The notes below the pieces were generated by a model that saw nothing but the letters and a program-made list of their open reading frames with translations, ran no database searches and was not told the origin of the DNA. Made by a program: the position numbers and the translations under genes. Shown here piece by piece: positions 18,506-27,079 of a stretch of 64,000 nucleotides of DNA (positions are counted from its first letter, which is position 1; each line of letters starts with the position of its first letter). This stretch comes from Candidatus Altiarchaeota archaeon (lineage in GTDB: Archaea > Altiarchaeota > Altiarchaeia > IMC4 > SCGC-AAA252-I15): contig JBDRLL010000010.1 of assembly GCA_043813075.1 (NCBI GenBank), positions 110,037 to 174,036 of the forward strand, read 5' to 3'.

Positions 18506-19996
18506 TCATTTCAGCACACCGTATACAGTGATCTTACCGTCTGAGACTATCCTCTCCAGGTGGCTGAAGTCAGTGATATTGGCGTGCCAACCCTGCTGGT
18601 GCACCACATAGTCCACCCCGTACTGGTCTATTATCCTGTTGAAGTCTTTCTCTCTCGAGGGTATCTGCACTGCCCTAGCGTTGAACACGTAGTTCACGTA
18701 ATACGGGAAGTTGGCCATCACAACGTCTTCTTCCCCAACCCTGCCTTCGAGCATCACGAGGGCAGGGTATATGCCATCAAAGGTGTTGGACATGAAGTAG
18801 ACTGCTGAAGTGATGTTGATCAGGACCATGAGGCAGATGGAGGTCACGTAAGTTATCCTCCCAATCCTGTCCCTGTATAACTTGAATTTATCCACGAAGA
18901 AGAGCTCAAAAACAATCGCGGACGCTATGGAGAAGAATGGGACCAGCGGATAAAGGTATCTGACCCTGCCGAATGTTGTTGAAGTCATCAGGAAACTGAG
19001 GATGAAGTATGCGAGTATGCTAGCCCAAAATTCCCTCCTACCTGCAACGCGTTTATACAAGTCCCTCACCATAAGCAACCCCAGGCCGAAGACAAGCGGG
19101 TTGGGGGTGAAGAACACGCACCCTCCCACCAGGTTTATGCAGTTCATAAGAACCCAGACGCAGGTCTCCGTGTTTATCCTGCCCAGTATCATACTCCCTA
19201 TCGATTCGTTTATCTCCAGTCTTGAGAATAATTCATCCTCCCTCATCGGTATTAGGAATCCTATGGCGTGAAAGTGGTTGTAGAAGGGGTTTCCAGTGCT
19301 GGCGTAATTTCGGTACAGCCATGGCGAGGAGACAACCAGTGCGACGAGGACGACAGTCAATGCCCTGCCGACCCCATTCCTAGCCCCTGCCTTGAGGGAG
19401 TAATAGATGAATACTACTGGTATGAGCACGAAAGCGGATATCCTGGTTAGGTATGCTAGTCCTAGGGCAACCCCTGTTATGACAAGCCCCCTCACGCCAT
19501 CAAACTTAATCATCAGGTAAAGCGTCAGCAGAACAAAGAAGCTGAAGACCGTGTCTGAAAGAACCTGGGGCAGGTAAGTCAGCGCGTAGACGTTCCCTGA
19601 ATAGAATACCGCGGAGACGATTGAAATCCTCCCCGACCCTGTTAACTCCAGTGCGATAATATACACGAGCCCCGCTATCAGGCTTTCGAAGAGGATGTTG
19701 ACAAGCTGCGCGCTATAAATGCCGGGGCCGAATATCCTGAATGATAATGCCGTCAAATACAGGTATACCGGCTGCCGGAAGTAGTATGTCATGGGGAATG
19801 AGTCAGACCTAAGTATCAGAGGCCATATAACGTCTACCACCAGGCCCCTGCCCTCGTAGATGCTTTTCGCGATTGCTAGGTGGTGGTATGAGTCGTAATA
19901 CAGATTCCCAATTATCGCGTATTTCCAGACCAGTATCAGCCTGAAAACCAGGTTCAATGCCACAATAAGCAGGATTATCTTGTGGTTGCGCTTCAT
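18506..19996 (-). CDS. GT-C glycosyltransferase, PMT_2/ArnT-like
   Basis: 496 aa, polytopic. YYDSYHHLAIAKSIYEGRGL loop follows TM1. It lies directly downstream of the two tandem radical-SAM genes. Confidence 0.6.
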   Translation of the reverse strand: MKRNHKIILLIVALNLVFRLILVWKYAIIGNLYYDSYHHLAIAKSIYEGRGLVVDVIWPLILRSDSFPMTYYFRQPVYLYLTALSFRIFGPGIYSAQLVNILFESLIAGLVYIIALELTGSGRISIVSAVFYSGNVYALTYLPQVLSDTVFSFFVLLTLYLMIKFDGVRGLVITGVALGLAYLTRISAFVLIPVVFIYYSLKAGARNGVGRALTVVLVALVVSSPWLYRNYASTGNPFYNHFHAIGFLIPMREDELFSRLEINESIGSMILGRINTETCVWVLMNCINLVGGCVFFTPNPLVFGLGLLMVRDLYKRVAGRREFWASILAYFILSFLMTSTTFGRVRYLYPLVPFFSIASAIVFELFFVDKFKLYRDRIGRITYVTSICLMVLINITSAVYFMSNTFDGIYPALVMLEGRVGEEDVVMANFPYYVNYVFNARAVQIPSREKDFNRIIDQYGVDYVVHQQGWHANITDFSHLERIVSDGKITVYGVLK

Positions 19997-20033
19997 CTCT
20001 TCTCTTTATTATGCTGATTCACGGAAAAATACC

Positions 20034-21401
20034 TCACTCTCCAGAGGTTCTGGTATTGTCGCAGGACCTTCTCATATTCCTTAGGCAGAATGACTCTGGT
20101 CGGCCGGCCGGGTTGTCCGCGTATAGGGTGCAGGTGTCCGTGAAATCCAGGTCAATGTTGTGCCTGTCATGGTATCTGCCGAGCATGATGCTGAGTATGC
20201 CTCCCGTATTCGAGGATGATGGCGGCTTGCCCAGCATGGATTCAACCGCGAGCTTAAGGCTCTTTAAGGCGAATGGTCTAGCATGCCTGTTGGACAAGAC
20301 GCCCGCCAAAATCTTAAAGAACGGGAATTTCCTCATAAGCCAGAACCTACCTGCCAATGATTCGCCCTCAATCATCCCATTCAACTCCAGTAGTCTACTG
20401 TTGACCTCCTTCAAGTCAATGATCCTGTTTATCGGTACTGGAACGTTGTCTACCACGATACTATAGCATCTTACCTCGCATTTCGGGCTTCTCCTGCCAG
20501 AGCCGCCGAACACCTTCCGCAGCACTTCGAAGAAACCATAGCTGAAGCGGGTGCTATCAATGAAGTCTTCCTCGCTTATGCCGTAATGCCTGTATAATAT
20601 GTCTATCATATGGGAGTGGGAGAAGACGTCTGGATCGTATGGGCCGTTAAGGTCCCACATGCTCTGGAAGTTGACGATTCTCACAGTCCTGCTGTTCTCC
20701 ACAGCATAGTCTGTGATCTTCTTCACCTGGTCTTCATTCACACCCCTCCTGATTATCGCGTTAATCTCAGTGGTCACGTTCAATTCAACCAGGTTTTCCA
20801 GCGTCCTCATCTTATGATCGAGGACGTCACTGCCATAAAGCATCTTGCATTGTTCCCTGTCAAAACTGTAGAATGATAGTATCACCAGGTCAACGCCTGC
20901 ATCCTTCAAGCCAGCCACATAATCAATGTCCCTCGTCCTAACACCGTTGGTGAACAACACCACGTTCTTACCCTTGTCTTTCACGGCCTTGATTATCTCA
21001 GGCAGGTCTTCCCTCAGTGTTGGCTCTCCCCCGCAGAGATACACTGAGGATCCTCTGAAGCCATCAATCCTCGAGATGATATCCTCCACGCTCGGCTCAT
21101 CATCTAATGTCCCTCCTGTTTGCGCGAAGCAGTGGGGGCACCCCATATTGCAGTCGAGCGTCACGTCTATCACTAGGCCGTCAGGGTCTCCGGACTCCCC
21201 CCGCCCCAGTAGGCTGCTCATATTCCAATACAGTCCAGGGCTCTCGTAGAAGTGAAGGGCCTCAAACTCGCCGTGTTCCCCGCATTTCTTGGAGATCCGC
21301 ATCCTACCGTCCTTCTCGAATACTATTGCGTCAATCTCCTTCCTGCAGGTCGGGCACAGGCTCCTCGTCTTCCTGGTTTCCATATCTTCATCCACCATCA
21401 T
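20034..21401 (-). CDS. Radical SAM enzyme, Tes/GDGT-MAS-like architecture (paralog B)
   Basis: 455 aa. SLCPTCRKEIDA...KKCGEHGEF, CNMGCPHC, GGEPT, CEVRC, DTCTLYADNPAGRPESFC. An alternative start, METRK, lies at 21383. Confidence 0.75.
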   Translation of the reverse strand: MMVDEDMETRKTRSLCPTCRKEIDAIVFEKDGRMRISKKCGEHGEFEALHFYESPGLYWNMSSLLGRGESGDPDGLVIDVTLDCNMGCPHCFAQTGGTLDDEPSVEDIISRIDGFRGSSVYLCGGEPTLREDLPEIIKAVKDKGKNVVLFTNGVRTRDIDYVAGLKDAGVDLVILSFYSFDREQCKMLYGSDVLDHKMRTLENLVELNVTTEINAIIRRGVNEDQVKKITDYAVENSRTVRIVNFQSMWDLNGPYDPDVFSHSHMIDILYRHYGISEEDFIDSTRFSYGFFEVLRKVFGGSGRRSPKCEVRCYSIVVDNVPVPINRIIDLKEVNSRLLELNGMIEGESLAGRFWLMRKFPFFKILAGVLSNRHARPFALKSLKLAVESMLGKPPSSSNTGGILSIMLGRYHDRHNIDLDFTDTCTLYADNPAGRPESFCLRNMRRSCDNTRTSGE

Positions 21402-22713
21402 TCATTGAATATATGTGGTCCATGTCCAAGTCCTCCAGTCTCTTCCTTCCAGTCGAGAATATGTTGTTCTCGCAGAACGTCAATGTACCCCTCTCAGAGT
21501 CGGAGTATAGGTTGCACGTGTCTATGAGATTATAGTCTGCGTTGTATCTGGTCTGTGATGGGTTCACCACGATACCTATCATGCCTGGCACATTGTCTTT
21601 GAACTTTCCACCAAATAGTATCGCATTAAGGAAGCTGGCGGACAATCTTACCATGATTGGGATGAGTCTGGAGTCAAACAATATCCTCCGTTTCATAATG
21701 TTCAGGAATAGGCTGGGGAAGGAGTTGCTCTCATTCAAGGCAGTCGTCATCCCCTCCAAATCCAGCATCCTATTCAATGGGGTAAAAACACCTTCTCTCA
21801 CATGGGCATAGCATACCGCCTCGCATAATGCAATACCTTTCCTGTCCACCCTCACCCTGCTTAGGAAGCTGGTGAGTGTGACATCAAACATTGTGTTGGA
21901 GATGAAATCATCTTTAGTGATGCCCAACTCGCTTATCCTGCTGAATATGTCATCGTTCCTAACAAATTTCCTGTCGAAGCCGGCAGCTCCTTCCGGGGAT
22001 ATGGGGCAGAACAATACCGTCCTCATCCCGTCTGACATTTCACCTGCGAGCTCTAATATGGGCTTCACCTGGCTTTCATTCAAGTCCTTAACGATAACCA
22101 CGAAGAAGGACAGCCATATGCTCGTGCCTTCAAGCGATTTCATAGCCTTCCTCTTGACGTCCAACAACCTCATGCCCCTCATCCTCTCGTTAATCCCGTC
22201 GTCCATGGAGTCCAACTGCAGGAGCACTCCATCCAGCCCCGCCTCGTCAAGCTTCCTTGAGAGTGTTTCATCAAGCAGCAGTCCGTTCGACAAGAGTATG
22301 ACCCCGAAGCCCCTTTCCTTCAGGCTCCTGACGATATCCGGCAAGTCCTCCCTCATCGTGGGCTCGCCACCGTACAACAGGATGTTCCCCCCACCCCACA
22401 TCCCAGCCTTCCCGATTATATCCTCAATCACCGGCTCTTTTTTCGCGGTGTTGAAGCAGAATGGGCAGTTCATATTGCACTTGTCTGTAACGTCTATCGT
22501 CATGTCCTTTATCGGAGGGTTCAGCCAAGCATCAGAGATTCTCAGCATGTTCTCGTACATATACGGGTCGTCCCATGCATGAGGGCATTCAAAAATACCG
22601 TGGTCAGCGCACTCCCTTGACACGATGACAACGCCATCCTTGATGCTGATTTCACCGTCAAGCTTCTTCAGGCAGACCGGGCATAGACTTCTCGTTCTGA
22701 CAGGCTCCATCAT
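21388..22713 (-). CDS. Radical SAM enzyme, Tes/GDGT-MAS-like architecture (paralog C)
   Basis: 441 aa. SLCPVCLKKLDG...RECADHGIF, CNMNCPFC, GGEPT, CEAVC, DTCNLYSDSERGTLTFC. Confidence 0.75.
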   Translation of the reverse strand: MMEPVRTRSLCPVCLKKLDGEISIKDGVVIVSRECADHGIFECPHAWDDPYMYENMLRISDAWLNPPIKDMTIDVTDKCNMNCPFCFNTAKKEPVIEDIIGKAGMWGGGNILLYGGEPTMREDLPDIVRSLKERGFGVILLSNGLLLDETLSRKLDEAGLDGVLLQLDSMDDGINERMRGMRLLDVKRKAMKSLEGTSIWLSFFVVIVKDLNESQVKPILELAGEMSDGMRTVLFCPISPEGAAGFDRKFVRNDDIFSRISELGITKDDFISNTMFDVTLTSFLSRVRVDRKGIALCEAVCYAHVREGVFTPLNRMLDLEGMTTALNESNSFPSLFLNIMKRRILFDSRLIPIMVRLSASFLNAILFGGKFKDNVPGMIGIVVNPSQTRYNADYNLIDTCNLYSDSERGTLTFCENNIFSTGRKRLEDLDMDHIYSMNDGG

Positions 22714-22775
22714 ATCGCCTTTATTTACCTTTTATTTGATAAAATATTACTGTCCTGACGTTCAGGTGATTTTTA

Positions 22776-23603
22776 GTGGATATTTTAGCGTATCTCACAG
22801 GATTTTATCGGATAAAAGATTGGGTCCACCTCCTAGGTCTGGGTTTCATAGGCCTATCCTACTCCAGTCCCTTCCCCCCTGATGATGGGGCCATACTGGC
22901 GTGTGGCATAGTGTCATCACTATACCTTGCATTCGGTTACTCATCAAACACTCTATTCGAGGAGCACATGGGGAAATCATTAGGCTGCCGTCAGCTACTC
23001 CTCTCAATGCTGCCAGCCGCAGTCGGCTTGGCATTCTCCTATCATCTCTCACCCCCACTGGCTTTCCTATACTCCATTGGGGTTCTGTTTGGCATACTCT
23101 ACTCTGCCCCCCCAGTAATGGCGAAAGGCATGCCTGTAATCGAATTGTTCTTCAACTCACTACTATTCACCCTGATATTCCTGTTCGGCGTTGTGTTGGG
23201 TGGCGGTTCTGCGAGCAGTGACGTCCTGTTTTTCTCAGCATTCATCTTCATCATGGTCATCCCATTCCAGCTCGTGCAGGAACTCACGGACATGGACCAT
23301 GACGCGTCAAAGGGCATCAAGACGACTGCAGTGCATATGACGCCCAAGGCAGTCAGGCTTATGATGGTTGCGGCCATACTCGTTATCCTACTGTTCTCAG
23401 TGGTCATGCCGCCGTGGGTTGGGTTGGACTGGAGATTCACGGTGGCCACCATCCTGTTCGGATTATCGTTTCTGCCTTCAACTAGAATGCCATCTGCCAG
23501 TGGGAATGCGGACTATGGGCGATTAAGGATTGGCCTTAGATACGCTGGCATCGCATATGGTCTGTTGCTGGTATTACTGCTCTCTATTAAGCAGGGTTTT
23601 TGA
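22776..23603 (+). CDS. UbiA-superfamily prenyltransferase-like membrane protein with an atypical first Asp-rich motif
   Basis: 275 aa, about 8 TM segments. LYSAPPVMAKG and the second motif DMDHDASKGIKTTAV (DxxxDxxxGxxT) fit UbiA. The first-motif position reads SSNTLFEEHMG instead of NDxxDxxxD. GTG start. Confidence 0.55.
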   Translation: MDILAYLTGFYRIKDWVHLLGLGFIGLSYSSPFPPDDGAILACGIVSSLYLAFGYSSNTLFEEHMGKSLGCRQLLLSMLPAAVGLAFSYHLSPPLAFLYSIGVLFGILYSAPPVMAKGMPVIELFFNSLLFTLIFLFGVVLGGGSASSDVLFFSAFIFIMVIPFQLVQELTDMDHDASKGIKTTAVHMTPKAVRLMMVAAILVILLFSVVMPPWVGLDWRFTVATILFGLSFLPSTRMPSASGNADYGRLRIGLRYAGIAYGLLLVLLLSIKQGF

Positions 23604-23608
23604 CTGAG

Positions 23609-24277
23609 TCATACGCGCAGCCTCTTTGTCGGAGGGTATTTGTTGATGAAGAAATCCTTTATCTCAGACAGCCTGCCTTCTTCCGGTAGCGTGGTGACCT
23701 GCATCAGGCGGTCTTCACTAACCCACGTGTATCCTGGCATTCCAAGCTTGCTTACTGTCTTAGCGATCATGTTGTCGAATTCTGGTTTAATCTCCGTGTT
23801 GACGGCGTTTATATGGTCCTCGTAATACGTGCCTTTCGTGCTTACTATGAAGTAGTACTTCTTACCGTCAACATCATACTCTGCCACCACAAACTCGAAT
23901 CCGGTGTTTGTGTCCTCATCACCCTCCACGTAGAATATCCCCACGAACATAAGTCCTGCGGGAAGCTTATCTTCTATTATATATCTGGTTAGAAAGTCCT
24001 TCTCAACATCACTGGTCTCGCCAGTGTCCTCCAGGCTACTGCCCCTATAAATCATCTTCCTCACTGGCATAACATCTGAATCGACTGAATTATTGACTCC
24101 AGACTCTGTCGTGGGGGCTGATACGAACGTATATGCTATTATGAGTACTGCAACGACTCCCACAATGACCAGCGGCATCTTGCTGGATGAACTACCATCG
24201 CTTATCTCCCTGCCTTCAACGATTGTCGGTATGTCAATCCCCACGGTAACATCACCCTCTACTGGTATTCTATTCAA
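23609..24277 (-). CDS. Single-pass membrane-anchored protein, unknown family (paralog of 10859-11593)
   Basis: 222 aa. TM segment LVIVGVVAVLIIAYTFV and C-terminal FINKYPPTKRLRV. Confidence 0.6.
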   Translation of the reverse strand: MNRIPVEGDVTVGIDIPTIVEGREISDGSSSSKMPLVIVGVVAVLIIAYTFVSAPTTESGVNNSVDSDVMPVRKMIYRGSSLEDTGETSDVEKDFLTRYIIEDKLPAGLMFVGIFYVEGDEDTNTGFEFVVAEYDVDGKKYYFIVSTKGTYYEDHINAVNTEIKPEFDNMIAKTVSKLGMPGYTWVSEDRLMQVTTLPEEGRLSEIKDFFINKYPPTKRLRV

Positions 24278-24361
24278 TCTGATTGTTTAAAAAGAATAGT
24301 GTCCATCCCCAGCGAATCCTGTATTGCACAGCTTATTGGTTGATGTGGATTACTGTGAAAT

Positions 24362-25480
24362 CTAGCTGAAACCCCTCTTAATCCTGTCGAAAATGCTGTC
24401 GCCAATCTCGCCCTCCATCTCTGAAAGCTTTTCAATCAACTCCCTATGCTTCTTAGAGACTTTCTCAGGCACCCTGACCACGGCCCTTACGTGCTGGTCC
24501 CCCCTACCAGAAGAGTGTATGTGGGGTATCCCCAGGTTCTTCATCCTGAATACTGTGTGTGACTGCGTGCCCTGCGGTATCTTAAGCCTCGCTTCTCCCT
24601 CAAGCGTCGGCACCCTCACCTCAGCACCAAGAACCGCCTGACTGTAGGTGACTGGTAGTTCACAGTATATGTCGTCACCATGCCTCTCGAAAAAATCGTC
24701 TTTAGAGACGTGTATCACAACATACAGGTCTCCCGTAGCCCCGCCAAAGACTCCTGCATTGCCTTCACCCTTAAGCCTCAAGTGATTACCCTCTGAAATA
24801 CCTGCGGGAACATCAACTTCAATATCCCTCCTATTCCTCTCTAACCCATCTCCGTCGCATTTACCACACCTGTCCTTGATTATGAACCCACGGCCCTTGC
24901 AATTGCCGCATGTCTTTATTGTCGTGAAGAATCCGAAGGGCGTCCTCTTCTGTATCCTCTGCTGGCCGGTTCCATGGCATATGCCGCAATCCTCCTTTCC
25001 AGTGCCTCCCATGCCCCTGCATGCGCCGCATCTCTCGAAACGCTCTATCCTTATCTTCCTCTTAGTCCCAAAGGCGGCCTCTCTTAGCGTTATCTCTATG
25101 TCATACCGCAGGTCGGTGCCCCTGGCCTTCCCGTCGCCCCTCGCCTGCCTGAAGCCCCTGCTGAAGAACATGTCGAATATGTCGCTTCCCCCGAAGAGGT
25201 CTTCTATGTCTCCGAAGTGGGTGAAGTCCTGCCATGTGAAGCCCTGGCTCCCGAAGTTCGTTCCGGAATGCCCGAACTGGTCGTACTGAGCCTTCTTCCC
25301 GTCATCGACAAGAACCTCATACGCCTCGCTGATCTCCTTGAACCTCTCCTCAGCCTCAGGGCTCTTGTTCACGTCAGGATGGTATTTCTTCGCGAGCTTC
25401 CTGTAGGAGCTCTTTATGTCGCTCTTGCTCGCGTCTTTCCCGACACCCAGAACCTCGTAATAATCCCTCTTCCCAGCCAT
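24362..25480 (-). CDS. dnaJ: Chaperone DnaJ (Hsp40)
   Basis: J-domain DYYEVLGV...KYHPD and four CxxCxGxG zinc motifs ([32 protein letters not shown]). Confidence 0.95.
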   Translation of the reverse strand: MAGKRDYYEVLGVGKDASKSDIKSSYRKLAKKYHPDVNKSPEAEERFKEISEAYEVLVDDGKKAQYDQFGHSGTNFGSQGFTWQDFTHFGDIEDLFGGSDIFDMFFSRGFRQARGDGKARGTDLRYDIEITLREAAFGTKRKIRIERFERCGACRGMGGTGKEDCGICHGTGQQRIQKRTPFGFFTTIKTCGNCKGRGFIIKDRCGKCDGDGLERNRRDIEVDVPAGISEGNHLRLKGEGNAGVFGGATGDLYVVIHVSKDDFFERHGDDIYCELPVTYSQAVLGAEVRVPTLEGEARLKIPQGTQSHTVFRMKNLGIPHIHSSGRGDQHVRAVVRVPEKVSKKHRELIEKLSEMEGEIGDSIFDRIKRGFS

Positions 25481-25517
25481 CTTAGGTTTATGTATCCCTT
25501 ATATATGTATGATTTTT

Positions 25518-26675
25518 TTAAAGAGGCGTGAGCTCGGTTATCAAGGCATCCCACGTGGGGTATTCCTCCACAACCGCCGGCTTCAATCCCATCTCCCTGA
25601 TTTTTCCGGCCAGCTCCTCCGCAATCCAGGCGCCCGTCAGTATCCTAAGCCTTTCAGCGTCCACCTCAATCAGCGCCCCATCGACTCCATAATCCCTCAT
25701 CAGCCTACGCCTAACTGACTCGAGTCTTCTCTTAATCCTCGCCTTCCCCCCAACACTGATCCTGTCAAGTTTTTTGGCGTAGTCAAAGGATGGCATAGTC
25801 TCCTCAAGGTATACGGCACCCCTGATGAGGAGTCCGTCATCGGTTACTATGTCATACTCCCTGGAAACATTCCCCGCCCTTCGTTTCAACCGGTTCTTCA
25901 GTTGTACTCCATCCTTAAGTCTGACCGTGCAGTAGTGGACTCCCAGTCTCGTGTTCCTCAGGCAGTAATCCAGTATCTTTCCAGCCGCCTTCTCGCTTCC
26001 CTTCACTGCGAAAGACACGTCGCTCTCAGCAAAGTAGCCCCGTTTTTCTAATGGCAGGGCGTTGGTTTCAGACACTTCAAGCTGGTTTATGTTCAGGAAT
26101 TTGACACCCAGTTCGTCTATGGCGTGTATGAACGACTTCGTCTCCCTAACGCGTCCTGGTATCGCGGGTATCTCGCATCCCACATCCCACCCGTACTCCA
26201 GGGCATTCCTGGCGGCACCCAAGTCCGCGTTCCCCCCCTCAATGAAATCCGGATGGAATCGTATCTCATCAAGCCCTGCCTTATATAGTCTCTCAAGGTT
26301 TTTCTGGGTCGCGTGCCTGCAGGTCGTGTAAAGGTGTATGTGGAAGCCTTCCCCAAAATTCTTCTTCAAGAGCCTTATGTAATGCAGCGTCCTATCCAGC
26401 CTGCACAACGGGTCTCCCCCTGTTATGCCCGCGCCAAGCGAGTCGCATAGCCTCGCCTCCTCCAGCACGTCCTTGTCCCTCCTAACCCACCACTCGTTTG
26501 CTACGACAACGTCCCTACCCCTCTTTCGCTCCGATAGCGGACAGTACCAGCAGCTGCTTGAACAGACTCCCGTCGCAAGCAACACAAGCTTACCGCCCTT
26601 AACGCAGATACTGCAACCCTTAGGCAGTCTGCCTATGCGCTTGCTGTAGTATGGGGTCTCAACAATCTTTCGCAT
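25518..26675 (-). CDS. Radical SAM protein (PFL-activase-related, COG2108-like)
   Basis: 385 aa. CSSSCWYC CxxxCxxC triad and ITGGDPL. It sits between dnaK and dnaJ. Confidence 0.7.
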   Translation of the reverse strand: MRKIVETPYYSKRIGRLPKGCSICVKGGKLVLLATGVCSSSCWYCPLSERKRGRDVVVANEWWVRRDKDVLEEARLCDSLGAGITGGDPLCRLDRTLHYIRLLKKNFGEGFHIHLYTTCRHATQKNLERLYKAGLDEIRFHPDFIEGGNADLGAARNALEYGWDVGCEIPAIPGRVRETKSFIHAIDELGVKFLNINQLEVSETNALPLEKRGYFAESDVSFAVKGSEKAAGKILDYCLRNTRLGVHYCTVRLKDGVQLKNRLKRRAGNVSREYDIVTDDGLLIRGAVYLEETMPSFDYAKKLDRISVGGKARIKRRLESVRRRLMRDYGVDGALIEVDAERLRILTGAWIAEELAGKIREMGLKPAVVEEYPTWDALITELTPL

Positions 26676-26681
26676 GTTAAC

Positions 26682-27077
26682 CTACTTCTCGAATCTGAGC
26701 AGTTCACCAGTCTTGATTAAAACCTGTTTTTCAGTAAAATCTGTTGAAAAGATTTCCTTTAAGATCGAAAACAGGTTTACCCTAGGGCCGTCAGATTCCT
26801 GACCTCCCTCAGCCTTTATGTTAATCCCGATTTTATCGCCAGGATACGCGTGCTCCAGCACGTCATGATGCTTCTCCATCGACTTGGCGACGTACGTGAT
26901 GCCATTATGGACACACTTATAGCCCGGCTCGATCATCCCTGAAACAACCTCTCCAACGATTATCGTGCCGACACCAGCTATCCTATACGTCTTGTCGACA
27001 GTGAACTCCCCGAAACCTCTGGATGAACCAGACTCTGCATTAAGACGCCTCTCCACCTCATCAACAGATGAAACCAT
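26682..27077 (-). CDS. Stand-alone EF-Tu/EF-1alpha domain-2-like beta-barrel protein
   Basis: FTVDKTYRIAGVGTIIVGEVVSGMIEPGYKCV...AYPGDKIGINIKA matches the GTP_EFTU_D2 pattern. The ATG at 27075-27077 is 2 nt after the dnaK stop; the track start is an overlapping GTG at 27083. Confidence 0.6.
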   Translation of the reverse strand: MVSSVDEVERRLNAESGSSRGFGEFTVDKTYRIAGVGTIIVGEVVSGMIEPGYKCVHNGITYVAKSMEKHHDVLEHAYPGDKIGINIKAEGGQESDGPRVNLFSILKEIFSTDFTEKQVLIKTGELLRFEK

Positions 27078-27079
27078 GT

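Noticed and set aside
21872-22582. 236-aa plus-strand ORF
   Set aside because: Antisense to radical SAM paralog C. The Ser-rich junk translation marks it as a shadow ORF.
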